Shown: positions 1 through 10,206, numbered from the stretch's first letter. The stretch: DNA of 64,000 bases from Candidatus Omnitrophota bacterium (GCA_021735105.1 JAIPHS010000001.1:5484-69483), one strand, 5' to 3'. The notes: generated from the letters alone by a model not told the origin. Made by a program: numbers and translations.

Positions 1-57
1 TAAAATATATCCAGGCAAAACGATTAAAATACCTATTCTAAAATAAGACCTTTTTGT

Positions 58-1017
58 ATGCGTAAAATAATTCCCATAGATGATTCATCTAAGCTTAAGT
101 ATATTTTTGGCTCCCAGGATAAGAATTTAAAGATATTAGAAAAAGAGTTAGATGTTTCTGTTTATTTAATTTCTCAAGGGATAGCTATCGAAGGGAAAAA
201 ATCTAATCTGGAAAGGGCTTTAACCCAGCTTAATAAAATCATTAAATTAACTCGGGAAGGATTCATTTTTTCCCAAGAAGAGTTGGTTGATTTTATCCAT
301 TCAGAAGAGCCTGTCACTTTTTTTAAAACACCAAATAAAACCAAAGATGGAATAAAAGTATTCTCTGGAAGTAAAGAAAAAGTTTTTCCTAAGACAAAAG
401 GCCAAGCTAATTATATTGCATCAATTAACCAAAGCGATATTGTCATCGGGACTGGCCCTGCCGGAACTGGTAAGACTTATTTGGCTATGGCGATGGCTGT
501 AAATTATTTATTGGAAAAAAAAGTACGGAGAATTATTCTTACTCGTCCTGCCATTGAAGCCGGTGAATCTTTGGGGTATTTACCCGGAAGTATGCAGGAG
601 AAGCTTAATCCTTATCTGCGTCCTTTATATGATGCTTTATATGATATGATGGATGTTGAAGCCATAGAAGAGTATCTTGAAGCAGGAATAATAGAAATAG
701 CTCCTTTGGCTTATATGAGGGGCAGAAGCCTTAATAATGCTTTTGTGATTTTAGATGAAGCACAAAATTGTACTTCAGAACAACTAAGAATGTTTTTAAC
801 TCGATTAGGGTTTGACTCAAAAACAGTAATTACCGGTGATATTACTCAAAGTGATTTACCGGGAGGAAAACCCACTGGTTTATTAGAGGCTAAGAGTATA
901 CTAAAAAAAATTAAAGGCATAGAGTTTATTGAGTTAAAAGGAAAAGACGTAGTAAGGCATCCTTTAATTCAAAAAATAATTCAAGCTTATGAAACTTTTT
1001 ATCAGAGCAAGCTTTAA
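58..1017 (+). CDS. phoH: PhoH-like ATPase (N-terminal KH-like region plus P-loop NTPase)
   Basis: 319 aa ORF; Walker A 'GPAGTGKTYLA', Walker B 'FVILDEAQN'; positioned before the 7TM-HD and ybeY genes as in the Firmicutes phoH-yqfF-ybeY operon. Confidence 0.85.
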   Translation: MRKIIPIDDSSKLKYIFGSQDKNLKILEKELDVSVYLISQGIAIEGKKSNLERALTQLNKIIKLTREGFIFSQEELVDFIHSEEPVTFFKTPNKTKDGIKVFSGSKEKVFPKTKGQANYIASINQSDIVIGTGPAGTGKTYLAMAMAVNYLLEKKVRRIILTRPAIEAGESLGYLPGSMQEKLNPYLRPLYDALYDMMDVEAIEEYLEAGIIEIAPLAYMRGRSLNNAFVILDEAQNCTSEQLRMFLTRLGFDSKTVITGDITQSDLPGGKPTGLLEAKSILKKIKGIEFIELKGKDVVRHPLIQKIIQAYETFYQSKL

Positions 1018-1020
1018 AAA

Positions 1021-2379
1021 ATGGATATTTCATTGGGTAAAAATAAAATAAAATTAAAGAATGCAATAATCGGCTCTAGTTTCTTTTTGATTGCAGTTTT
1101 TACTTTTTTTCTTTATTCAATTAGTCTTTCTTTGCTTGCTTTGATTGCAGCTTTATTTATCTATTTACAATTTTTTCGCCGGCCGGACAATTTACCATCT
1201 CTTCTAGATTTATCTATTCTTGCTATAATTGCTATTTTTATACCGGTACTTACTACAATAATATTTAAAATACCTGCTTATGGCATAGCGGCTATAGGTT
1301 TTGCTATTTTGATTACTCTATTATTTGAGAATTTGGAACTATCATTTGTTTTTTCTCTTTTTATTGCCGTTTTAGCTGGTGAGGTTTCCGATAGAAGCTT
1401 TAGCGTAGCTTTAAGTTTATTCATAGCTTCAATCATAGCTTCATTATTTAGTTTTCGGATTAGGCGCCGTTTCCAGGTAATTCAAGCGGGATTTTTAGCT
1501 GGAGTTGTACAATTTATTATGGCTTATATTTTAGAGGGCAAAAATGGGTTTTTAATGTTTTCTACATTAGACTTAGGTTTGCTTAAGATATGTTTAATTA
1601 ATGGCATTCTATCTTCAATTATTGTCTTAGGAATACTTCCAATTTTTGAATTTATATTTAAAGTCCTTACCAACATTTCTTTGCTTGAGCTTTCTGATTT
1701 TAATCACCCTTTGATAAGACGTTTAATACTTGAAGCTCCCGGGACTTACCAACATTCTTTAGTTATGGCTAATCTTAGCGAGGCGGCGGCAGAAGCTATT
1801 GGAGCTAATTCACTTCTGGCTAGAGTAGGGGCTTATTATCATGATATTGGAAAACTGATTAAGCCTCAGTATTTTGTTGAGAATTTGGTAAACTATAAAG
1901 ATATGCATAAAAAGTTAAAACCTTCAATGAGTAAGCTAATTATTTTCAACCATGTTAAAGAAGGGGTTGAGTTAGCAAAGAAATACCATATTAATCCGCA
2001 AATAATTAACTTTATTCGTCAGCATCATGGTAAAACTTTAGTTTATTATTTTTATCATCGGGCAAAAGAAGTTGATCCAAGCAATAAACACGAAGAAGAG
2101 TATAAATATCCAGGCCCCAAGCCTCAATCTAAAGAGATTGCTATTGTTGCTTTAGCTGATTCAGTTGAGGCTATCTCACGTACTGTTTCTGAACCGAATC
2201 CGGCCCGAATAGAAGAGATGATCAGAGAGATTGTAAGAAAGCGGTTTATGGAAGGCGAATTAGATGAAAGTAATCTTACCTTGAAAGATTTAGAAAAAAT
2301 TACTCAAAGTTTTATTCGCATATTAAATGCAACATTTCATACACGAATTAACTATCCCAAAGACAAGAAAAATGTTTAA
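1021..2379 (+). CDS. 7TM receptor with intracellular HD hydrolase domain (YqfF/PgpH-like, possible cyclic-dinucleotide phosphodiesterase)
   Basis: 452 aa; N-terminal half is multiple hydrophobic helices, C-terminal half has HD motif 'GAYYHDIGK' and 'HHG'; lies between phoH and ybeY. Confidence 0.75.
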   Translation: MDISLGKNKIKLKNAIIGSSFFLIAVFTFFLYSISLSLLALIAALFIYLQFFRRPDNLPSLLDLSILAIIAIFIPVLTTIIFKIPAYGIAAIGFAILITLLFENLELSFVFSLFIAVLAGEVSDRSFSVALSLFIASIIASLFSFRIRRRFQVIQAGFLAGVVQFIMAYILEGKNGFLMFSTLDLGLLKICLINGILSSIIVLGILPIFEFIFKVLTNISLLELSDFNHPLIRRLILEAPGTYQHSLVMANLSEAAAEAIGANSLLARVGAYYHDIGKLIKPQYFVENLVNYKDMHKKLKPSMSKLIIFNHVKEGVELAKKYHINPQIINFIRQHHGKTLVYYFYHRAKEVDPSNKHEEEYKYPGPKPQSKEIAIVALADSVEAISRTVSEPNPARIEEMIREIVRKRFMEGELDESNLTLKDLEKITQSFIRILNATFHTRINYPKDKKNV

Positions 2380-2401
2380 ACAAAGATAGGGGCACATTGC
2401 A

Positions 2402-2848
2402 ATGCGCCCCTACCTTCTCTGCATGGAAATATCCAATCGACAAAAGATTAAAAAAATAGATATGCAAAGAATAAGAAAATATTTAAACCAAATATTTTCT
2501 TACTTAATGATGGAGGAGAAAAAGGCCTCTTTTGTTTTTTGCGACAATCAGTTTATAGCTGAGTTAAATTATAACTATTTTAGAAAAAATACCGCCACTG
2601 ATGTTATTTCTTTTTCTTTAGCTGACGATATGGAACCAAACTATTTAGGAGAGGTGGTTATTTCTGTGGAGGAAGCGGTTCTTACTGCAAAAGGATTGAA
2701 ACTTAATTGGCAAAAAGAACTATTGCTTTATGCTATTCATGGTATATTACATCTTATTGGTTTTAAAGATAAAACATCCAAACAGAGGAAAGAAATGGAG
2801 CAAAAACAACAAGAAATTTTTTCTAAGTTTAAAAAAATAAAACTATAA
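2402..2848 (+). CDS. ybeY: rRNA maturation endoribonuclease YbeY
   Basis: 148 aa; zinc-binding 'HGILHLIGFKD' (HxxxHxxxxxH) motif; true start may be a downstream Met (MEISN / MQRIR). The annotated ATG sits inside a GC-rich hairpin. Confidence 0.75.
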   Translation: MRPYLLCMEISNRQKIKKIDMQRIRKYLNQIFSYLMMEEKKASFVFCDNQFIAELNYNYFRKNTATDVISFSLADDMEPNYLGEVVISVEEAVLTAKGLKLNWQKELLLYAIHGILHLIGFKDKTSKQRKEMEQKQQEIFSKFKKIKL

Positions 2849-2850
2849 CC

Positions 2851-3621
2851 ATGATTAAAAAAGATATAGGTTTTGTTTTAAAGAGATTTAATTTTAGAGA
2901 AACAAGTATAATTGCGACTCTCTATTTACATAAATTTGGTAAAGTCAGAGGAATTTTTAAAGGATTTTACCGACAAAAAAAAGAGTTTTCTACTCCTTTA
3001 GATACTTTTAGCTTAAATGAATTTATATTTTATCCTAGAGATAGTGAAATTTGGTTAGTTTCGCAAGCAGAACTTATTAGTGAGTTTTCTTATTTAAGAA
3101 ATAATTTAAAAAAAGCGGCGATAGCGGGGTTTTTTCTAAGTTTACTAGATAAAACTATGCAGCTGTGGGATAAAAATAGGTATGTTTTTAACCTCACTTT
3201 TCATTGTATCCGTTTAATTGAAAAAGATCATATTAAGGCATTTTATCTTTTTTTAATTAAATTTTTAACTTTAGCCGGAGTTAAACCAGAGTTTAATCAT
3301 TGTATAATTTGTCAGCAGCTAATTAGAGGGCCTCGTTTTTTTAGTACTAAAAAAGGAGGGCTTCTTTGCGCTAGATGTTGCAAAAGTTATCAAGACTATA
3401 AAAGTATAAGTAAAGAAGCATCGAAAACATTTAGTTACATTCAAAATAATTCAATTGCAGCAGCCAGCCGCCTTCAGTTAAGCTTGCGCTCTCAAAACGA
3501 AATATTACAAATCATTCAAAGGTTTATGGCTTATCATTTTGATTTAGAAGATTTATTTCAAAATAATTTGTTATTTCCAGCTTCTTTAACTGTAAACCCT
3601 GAATTATTATTTCAATCTTGA
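2851..3621 (+). CDS. recO: DNA repair protein RecO
   Basis: 256 aa; OB-fold N-terminus and Cys-rich segment 'CIICQQ...CARCC'; follows ybeY as in many Firmicutes. Confidence 0.7.
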   Translation: MIKKDIGFVLKRFNFRETSIIATLYLHKFGKVRGIFKGFYRQKKEFSTPLDTFSLNEFIFYPRDSEIWLVSQAELISEFSYLRNNLKKAAIAGFFLSLLDKTMQLWDKNRYVFNLTFHCIRLIEKDHIKAFYLFLIKFLTLAGVKPEFNHCIICQQLIRGPRFFSTKKGGLLCARCCKSYQDYKSISKEASKTFSYIQNNSIAAASRLQLSLRSQNEILQIIQRFMAYHFDLEDLFQNNLLFPASLTVNPELLFQS

Positions 3622-3690
3622 GATTAATAAATATAAATAGGTTAGGAGAAAAGGTGGAAATGGAAGGAAGTTTTGGTATAATAAAATATT

Positions 3691-4122
3691 ATGATTTATG
3701 AAAAACGAGAAATATCTTCTCTAGAAAAAAAGGCCAAAAAAACTGTATCTAAGAGTTTTTTGCCCGAAGATATTGATGTCTCAATTTTACAAACCATTTC
3801 TTATAAATACCCAAAAAAGATAATTGATGTTCAACTAAGCTCACAAGAGTTTAGTAGTGTTTGTCCTTATTCCGATCTTCCTGATTTTGCTTGTTTGACA
3901 ATACGCTATACCCCTTATAAAAAATTGATTGAATTAAAATCTTTGAAATATTATATTTATGCTTTTCATAATGTAAAAATTTACAATGAGCACGTAGTAA
4001 ATAAGATTATGAAAGACTTAAAAAAAATACTAAATCCTCGCAAAATAGAAGTAACCGCAGAATTTAGTTGCCGAGGCGGTATAATCAATAAAGTTGCAGC
4101 TACTTTTAAGAAAAAGCATTAA
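3691..4122 (+). CDS. queF: NADPH-dependent 7-cyano-7-deazaguanine (preQ0) reductase QueF, type I
   Basis: 143 aa; catalytic Cys context 'SVCPYSDLPDFA' and QueF motif 'ELKSLKYYIYAF'; alignable by eye to B. subtilis YkvM. Confidence 0.8.
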   Translation: MIYEKREISSLEKKAKKTVSKSFLPEDIDVSILQTISYKYPKKIIDVQLSSQEFSSVCPYSDLPDFACLTIRYTPYKKLIELKSLKYYIYAFHNVKIYNEHVVNKIMKDLKKILNPRKIEVTAEFSCRGGIINKVAATFKKKH

Positions 4123-4142
4123 GGCTAACCAGAAAAATATAA

Positions 4143-5075
4143 ATGCTTAAAAAAGCTATAATTTTATTTTTGTTATTTTTTAGCTCTTGTGCTCCTTTTA
4201 TAAATAAAGATAAATTTATTGTGTCCGGCACCTATCTAGAAGTACAATCGCCAGATGAACATGCTGCTAAAGTTGTCTACCAAGAATTTAGGCGTCTAGA
4301 TTTAATTTTTAATAGTTACCAAAAGAATTCAGAAAGTTATAAATTAAATAAGAGTCCAAATAAAGCATTTAAGGCATCAAGTGAGTTGGTTGAGGTTATA
4401 AAGGCAGCTAAAAAATATTATAAATTAAGCGAAGGCGCTTTTGATATAACAAAGGCTAAATTATATAGTTTTTGGAAAAAGTGGGGCAAAGAGAGTCAAA
4501 CCAGTAAATTTCCTAGCTTTGAGGAGATAGCGCAGCTACAAGATGCAGGGGATATAGATAGCATTGAGATTGATGAGGCAAAAAAAACTATCAGAATTAA
4601 TGACAATCAGTTAACTATTGATTTTTCTGGGATTGCTAAAGGTTACATAGTTGACAAGGCCGTTCTAAAGTTAAAAAAGTCAGGCATTGAGAGTGCCTTG
4701 GTTAATGCCGGTGGAGAGGTGTATTGTTTAGGTAAAAACAAAAAAAAGCCTTGGAGAGTTGGGATAAAAGGACCAAGTGGGATTATTAAAATCATAGAAG
4801 TAGTTGATGCTGCTGTTGCAACTTCTGGTAATTATGAGCAATTTTATGAAAAATCCGGAAAGAGCTATTCTCATATTATTGATCCGCGGACTGGATATCC
4901 AGTTAATAAAAAATTTTTAGGAGTAACAGTTATTGCAAAAAAATGTATAAAAGCAGATGTATTAGCAACAACTTTTTTTATAAATGGAAAAGAGTTTGCA
5001 AAAAAAATTATAAAGGATGACCCGTCAATTACTGCTTATTTTGTAACTGAAGCTGAAATAGAAAAGATAAACTAA
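4143..5075 (+). CDS. apbE: ApbE-like FAD:protein FMN transferase lipoprotein
   Basis: 310 aa; signal peptide with lipobox-like 'FFSSC'; size and overall composition consistent with ApbE family. Assignment by family resemblance only. Confidence 0.55.
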   Translation: MLKKAIILFLLFFSSCAPFINKDKFIVSGTYLEVQSPDEHAAKVVYQEFRRLDLIFNSYQKNSESYKLNKSPNKAFKASSELVEVIKAAKKYYKLSEGAFDITKAKLYSFWKKWGKESQTSKFPSFEEIAQLQDAGDIDSIEIDEAKKTIRINDNQLTIDFSGIAKGYIVDKAVLKLKKSGIESALVNAGGEVYCLGKNKKKPWRVGIKGPSGIIKIIEVVDAAVATSGNYEQFYEKSGKSYSHIIDPRTGYPVNKKFLGVTVIAKKCIKADVLATTFFINGKEFAKKIIKDDPSITAYFVTEAEIEKIN

Positions 5076-5102
5076 AAGAATTTAATTAAGTTAAGGTAAA
5101 TT

Positions 5103-5891
5103 ATGAAAAAAAACAATATAAAAATTAAGCAAGTTATGGCCGGAGAAAAGAAGATATCGATAGTTACTTGTTATGATTATTCTTTTGCCCGGATTTTAAA
5201 TCAAAGCGTTATTGATATTATTTTAGTGGGAGATTCTTTGGCTAATGTTTCATTGGGCCTTGCTGACACAAAAGAAATAACTATTGAGGAGATGTTGAAC
5301 CATACCAAGGCAGTCTCTAGAGGCGCTCCTGATAAAATTATTATTGCAGATATTCCTTATTCAGGATGCCAGAAAAAGTCTAGTCAACCCCTAGAAATTG
5401 CAAAAAGGCTTATCCAAGCTGGGGCTGATGGGATTAAAATAGAGTGGTTCAAGGGCTGTAAAAAAGTGATTAGAAAATTGGTAGAAAAAAATATTTGGGT
5501 TATGGGCCATATTGGGCTTACGCCTCAGACTGTGCATCTTTTGGGTGGTTATAAAGTTCAAGGTAAAGATAAAGAATCGGCTGATAAGTTAATTAAGCAA
5601 GCTAAGCTATTACAAGGCTTAGGTGTCTCTAGTATTGTTTTGGAATGCATAAAAAAAGATATCGCTAAACAAATTACTGAGAGTATAGATATTCCTACTA
5701 TTGGTATTGGGGCTGGGAAACATTGTGGCGGCCAAGTTTTAGTCTTATATGATTTATTGGGTATGTATCCTAATAAAATGAAATTTGTAAGAACTTTTTC
5801 TAATTTATCTTATCAAATAAAAGGTGCAATAAATTTATTTGATCAAGCCATAAAAAAGGAAACTTTTCCTTCAAACCAGGAAAGCTTTTAA
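5103..5891 (+). CDS. panB: 3-methyl-2-oxobutanoate hydroxymethyltransferase (ketopantoate hydroxymethyltransferase)
   Basis: 262 aa; 'ISIVTCYDYSFARIL', 'GADGIKIE', 'HIGLTPQ' typical PanB segments. Confidence 0.8.
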   Translation: MKKNNIKIKQVMAGEKKISIVTCYDYSFARILNQSVIDIILVGDSLANVSLGLADTKEITIEEMLNHTKAVSRGAPDKIIIADIPYSGCQKKSSQPLEIAKRLIQAGADGIKIEWFKGCKKVIRKLVEKNIWVMGHIGLTPQTVHLLGGYKVQGKDKESADKLIKQAKLLQGLGVSSIVLECIKKDIAKQITESIDIPTIGIGAGKHCGGQVLVLYDLLGMYPNKMKFVRTFSNLSYQIKGAINLFDQAIKKETFPSNQESF

Positions 5892-5903
5892 AATATATTT
5901 TAA

Positions 5904-5932
5904 TTGACTGGTTTAGCCACTTCTGCTAATAT
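5904..5932 (+). promoter_or_regulatory. sigma70-type promoter upstream of purB (TTGACT-17-TAATAT)
   Basis: TTGACT at 5904-5909, 17-nt spacer, TAATAT at 5927-5932; followed by an AGGAGG RBS and the TTG start of purB at 5967. Confidence 0.5.
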
Positions 5933-5966
5933 TGTATTCCTACAAACATTTATATAGGAGGCAGGT

Positions 5967-7259
5967 TTGATCAAAAGATATACCCCGGAAAAAATAGGTA
6001 AAATTTGGCAAGAAGATGAGAAGTTTAGGCGTTTTTTAAAGATTGAGGCTTTACTTTGTGAAGCTCTAGAGAAACAAAAGAAGATACCGAAAGGAACTAG
6101 TAAAAAGTTTTCTAAAGTAAAAATTTCAACTAGTAAAATAAAGGACATTGAAGCAAAAACCTGTCACGATATTGTAGCTTTCCTAAAACATATATCAGGT
6201 CAAATTGGCCCAGCTGCACAATATCTTCATCGGGGCCTTACTTCTTCAGATCTTCTAGATACAACTTTAGCCTGGCAAATAAAAGATGCTTGTAAAATTA
6301 TTTTGTCTGATTTAGATAAAGTAATAACTGTAGCTAAAAAGAAAGCAATAAAGTATAAAGATACAATCTGCATGGCTCGGACCCATGGGATGCATGCTGA
6401 AATTTATAGTTTTGGGCTAAAATTTCTTTATTTATATAACGATTTAATGGAGGAAAGAACGAAATTATCTGAAGCCCTTGATTATATAGTTTGCGGAAAA
6501 ATCTCTGGAGCTGTAGGAACATTTGCTTATTTTAGCCCAAATACCGAAGACTATATTTGTAAAAAGATAGGCATAAATAGAGCAAAAATTTCTACGCAAA
6601 TTGTTTCAAGAGAAAGGTTTGCATATTTTTTATCTTTACTTTCACTGATTGGATCAACTCTTGAAAGATTTGCTACCGAAATCAGGCATCTTCATCGGAC
6701 AGAAGTCAATGAAGCTAAAGAACCTTTTTATAAAGGACAAAAAGGTTCATCAGCTATGCCGCATAAACAAAATCCTATCATTTGTGAAAGAATTTGCGGC
6801 TTAGCACGTTTGCTTCGTTCTAATTCATTTGCTGCCTCGGAAAATATAAATCTTTGGCATGAACGAGATATTTCACATTCTTCAGTAGAAAGGGTTATAA
6901 TCCCGGATTCAACAATAATTATAGATTATATACTGCAAAAATTTAAAGAAGTTATATCCAGAATAAATGTGAGCTCTAAAGGAATGCTTAGAAATATTGA
7001 GCTTAACAGAGGGATAGTTTATTCTCAAAAAGTATTAATTGAACTTATGAAAAAAGGTTTATCTAGAATGCAGGCATATGATCTAGTTCAAGAAATTTCT
7101 TTAAGGGTAATTAATAATAGTTCACATTTTAAAGAAGAAGTGTTTAAAAACAACAAGATAAAAGATATCTTGGATAAAAAGATTCTAAATGACATATTTG
7201 ACCCGTACAATTATCTAGCAAATATAGACAAAATTTATAAAAGGTTTAATTTAAGTTAA
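5967..7259 (+). CDS. purB: adenylosuccinate lyase
   Basis: 430 aa, TTG start; fumarate-lyase signature 'GSSAMPHKQNP'. Confidence 0.85.
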   Translation: MIKRYTPEKIGKIWQEDEKFRRFLKIEALLCEALEKQKKIPKGTSKKFSKVKISTSKIKDIEAKTCHDIVAFLKHISGQIGPAAQYLHRGLTSSDLLDTTLAWQIKDACKIILSDLDKVITVAKKKAIKYKDTICMARTHGMHAEIYSFGLKFLYLYNDLMEERTKLSEALDYIVCGKISGAVGTFAYFSPNTEDYICKKIGINRAKISTQIVSRERFAYFLSLLSLIGSTLERFATEIRHLHRTEVNEAKEPFYKGQKGSSAMPHKQNPIICERICGLARLLRSNSFAASENINLWHERDISHSSVERVIIPDSTIIIDYILQKFKEVISRINVSSKGMLRNIELNRGIVYSQKVLIELMKKGLSRMQAYDLVQEISLRVINNSSHFKEEVFKNNKIKDILDKKILNDIFDPYNYLANIDKIYKRFNLS

Positions 7260-7300
7260 ACCCCTCATTAGCTGATTAATTAATAAATAATAGGAGTTTT

Positions 7301-10204
7301 ATGATTTGGAGAATCGATGTATTCTCTAAGAAGGAAGAAGAAAGTATCGAGCTTAAATCTCAGATAAAAGATTTAGGGTTTAAAGATTTTTCTTTATCTA
7401 CAAAAAAAGTATATTTTATTGATGCAGAGTTTGATCTTAAAAAGATTAAACAAATTGCAGAAAAGCTTCTTATAGATCCAATCACAGAAGAATATGCTTT
7501 ATCTAAAGGTGTTTTTAGTAAAAAACCTTCTAGCCAAGAGATTATGGTAATTTATCATCCCGGTGTTTTTGATTCTGTTGCCGTTTCTTTAAAAAAAGCT
7601 ATTGATGACTTATCTTTAGGCAGCGTTGAAGTTCATACTGCCACTCTATATAGATTTGACGGCCTTAACCAGGCCCAGATTCATTCTTTAGGGCCCAAAA
7701 TTATTTATAATCCGGTTATCGAACAAGTAGCTGATTATAATAAATTAAAAAGCCTGGAAAGTTTATCTCAGCTGGCAGCCAGCCGCTATAGTTTTGAACT
7801 TAAGGTGATAGATATTTTAGAAGCCGATAAAAAGAAACTAGATCAAATATCTAAAGAGGGCTGCCTGGCTTTAAATACTCTTGAGATGAAAAAGATTCAA
7901 AAGTATTTTAAAGAATTGGGGCGTAATCCTACTGATTGTGAATTAGAGACTTTAGCTGTTTTATGGTCGGAACATTGCGGGCATAAAACTTTTTCCGGGC
8001 TTATTGATTATGAAGAAAAAACAGATGGAAAAATTATAAAAAAAGAAAAAATAAATAATTTACTTAAATCTACAATAATGAAAGCAACCAAAGAAATAAA
8101 TTCTCCTGAATGTGTATCTGTGTTCGTTGATAATTCAGGCATTGTAAAGTTTGATCAAGGCCAAAATATTTGCTTTAAAGTCGAAACTCACAATCATCCT
8201 TCGAGCCTTGAACCGTACGGAGGGGCTTCAACTGGTATTGGCGGGGTTATTAGAGATGTGTTAGGCACAGGGTCCGGGTTTAGGCCATTTGCCTCGATAG
8301 ATGCTTTTTGTTTTTCTAATTGGCAAGTAGAAGATAAAGATTTGCCTAAAGGTTTACTTCATCCGCGTAGAATCATTAAAGGAGTAGTATCCGGGGTGAG
8401 AGATTATGGTAATAAAATGGGTATTCCTACTGTAGCCGGTTCAGTGCTTTTTGACAATCGTTTTTTAGGAAACCCTTTAGTGTATTGTGGAACGCTTGGG
8501 ATTGGTTCTTCTGATAAATCTTTTAAAAAAGTTAAAAAAGGTGATTTAGTTGTGGTTTGTGGAGCAAAAACCGGTAAAGATGGAATTCATGGTGCTACTT
8601 TTTCGTCACAAGAATTAGACCAAGAAACTACGGGGCTGAGAAGTGCTGTGCAAATTGGTAATCCTATTGAAGAAAAGAAAGTTGCAGATGCTTTAATGCA
8701 GGCTCAAGAAAGGGATTTATTTACTGCAATTACAGATTGTGGAGCCGGAGGGCTTTCGAGTGCGGTTACTGAGTTAGCTAAAGATTATGGTGTTAAGGTT
8801 TATCTTGATAAGGTCCCGCTTAAATATAAAGGTTTAACCTATACAGATATTTGGATATCTGAATCCCAGGAAAGAATGGTCTTTTTTACCCAAGAAGATA
8901 AAATCAAGGAGCTAAAAGATATTTTCAAACAAGAAGAAGTTGATATGAGGGTAGTTGGCCAGGTAACCGGATCTAACGATTTAACTCTTTTTTATCAGGA
9001 TAATAAGGTGGCAGAGTTAGGCATGGATTTTATTTTCAGCAGCCTTCAAATTTCAAAAAAAGCTATTTGGGTAAATAGCAAACAAAAGAAAGAAAAACTA
9101 AAAGAAAAAAATAACTATAATCATGATTTAGCTGCTATTCTAAGTTCACCAAATATTGCCCCTAAAGATTGGATTTTGAATCAATACGACCATGAGGTTC
9201 AAGGGGGGTCAGTTTTAAAGGCGATTAGCAATTCGCCGCTTAAAACCAACGATGCGGCAGTAATAAGGCCTAAGCTTGACAGTCAAAAAGCTGTCGTAGT
9301 TGGATGCGGAATAAATCCTTTTTATTCTGACATTGATCCTTATTGGATGGCTGCTTTGGCTATCGATGAAGCTATGAGAAATGTAGTTTCAACTGGAGCA
9401 TCCTTAGATAAAACATTTATTTTAGATAATTTTAGCTGGGGCTCACCGGAAGATCCTCAAGTATTGGGCAGTTTAGTAAGGGCGGCAAAAGCTTGTTATG
9501 ATTATTCTGTTTATTTTGGCACACCTTTTATCTCGGGCAAAGACAGTTTATACAATGAATATAATTTAGGTAAAGATAAAATAACTATTCCAGGGACACT
9601 TTTAATTTCAGCTGTATCGGTATTAGATAATTGGCAGTTAGCCTTAGACAGTAGTTTTTCTAAAGAAGGTAATCTTATTTATCTAATTGGTTTAACTAAA
9701 CCAGAGCTCGGCCAATCTGAATACTTAAGGCAAAAAGGCATAAAACAGGGCTTGGTGCCAAAAGTTGAGCCTGACGCCAAAAATACTTTTATTAATTTAT
9801 CTAAAGCTATAAAGCAAAAGTTAGTTGTTTCTTGCCATGATTTATCTGAAGGTGGGCTTGCTGTGGCTGTTTCTGAGATGTGTGTAGGTTCTGGGATGGG
9901 GGTGTCTCTTTTTTTAGAGGAGGTGCCGGCTCAAGAAAGCAGCAAAGATTATCAACTTTTATTTTCTGAATCTCCTTCGAGGTTTTTAGTTGAGGTATCT
10001 AAAGATAAAAAAGAAGAGTTTGAAAATCAACTCCAGGGAGTGCCTTTTGGGCTTATTGGCTGTGTTTTGGCCGATGAACAGGTGGTTGTACATAATAAAA
10101 AATCAAATAAAATCATTGATATGAGTTTATCATATTTAGAAGGAAGTTTACTTAAGGCATTTCAAGAGTTTAGATGGGAACCAAAGGAGATAAAGAGCAG
10201 GTAG
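7301..10204 (+). CDS. purL: phosphoribosylformylglycinamidine synthase PurL with two tandem N-terminal PurS-like modules (PurS-PurS-PurL fusion)
   Basis: 967 aa, about 230 aa longer than a small PurL. Residues about 1-80 and about 90-170 each resemble PurS ('...EKLLIDPITEEYAL', '...IIYNPVIEQVADY'). PurL core follows ('LWSEHCGHKTF', 'GNPIEEK', 'DCGAGGLS'). Confidence 0.8.
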   Translation: MIWRIDVFSKKEEESIELKSQIKDLGFKDFSLSTKKVYFIDAEFDLKKIKQIAEKLLIDPITEEYALSKGVFSKKPSSQEIMVIYHPGVFDSVAVSLKKAIDDLSLGSVEVHTATLYRFDGLNQAQIHSLGPKIIYNPVIEQVADYNKLKSLESLSQLAASRYSFELKVIDILEADKKKLDQISKEGCLALNTLEMKKIQKYFKELGRNPTDCELETLAVLWSEHCGHKTFSGLIDYEEKTDGKIIKKEKINNLLKSTIMKATKEINSPECVSVFVDNSGIVKFDQGQNICFKVETHNHPSSLEPYGGASTGIGGVIRDVLGTGSGFRPFASIDAFCFSNWQVEDKDLPKGLLHPRRIIKGVVSGVRDYGNKMGIPTVAGSVLFDNRFLGNPLVYCGTLGIGSSDKSFKKVKKGDLVVVCGAKTGKDGIHGATFSSQELDQETTGLRSAVQIGNPIEEKKVADALMQAQERDLFTAITDCGAGGLSSAVTELAKDYGVKVYLDKVPLKYKGLTYTDIWISESQERMVFFTQEDKIKELKDIFKQEEVDMRVVGQVTGSNDLTLFYQDNKVAELGMDFIFSSLQISKKAIWVNSKQKKEKLKEKNNYNHDLAAILSSPNIAPKDWILNQYDHEVQGGSVLKAISNSPLKTNDAAVIRPKLDSQKAVVVGCGINPFYSDIDPYWMAALAIDEAMRNVVSTGASLDKTFILDNFSWGSPEDPQVLGSLVRAAKACYDYSVYFGTPFISGKDSLYNEYNLGKDKITIPGTLLISAVSVLDNWQLALDSSFSKEGNLIYLIGLTKPELGQSEYLRQKGIKQGLVPKVEPDAKNTFINLSKAIKQKLVVSCHDLSEGGLAVAVSEMCVGSGMGVSLFLEEVPAQESSKDYQLLFSESPSRFLVEVSKDKKEEFENQLQGVPFGLIGCVLADEQVVVHNKKSNKIIDMSLSYLEGSLLKAFQEFRWEPKEIKSR

Positions 10205-10206
10205 CT

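Noticed and set aside
2389-2418. GC-rich hairpin aggggcaca-ttgcaa-tgcgcccct after the 7TM-HD gene as an intrinsic terminator
   Set aside because: The stem is imperfect and is not followed by a U-tract. It also overlaps the annotated ybeY start, so it more likely marks a mis-set start than a terminator. Noted in the ybeY feature only.
3622-3690. preQ1 riboswitch upstream of queF
   Set aside because: queF genes are often preQ1-riboswitch controlled, so I looked for the small hairpin plus A-rich tail. The 69-nt spacer contains only an extended -10 element and no convincing stem followed by a CUA-containing A-tract.
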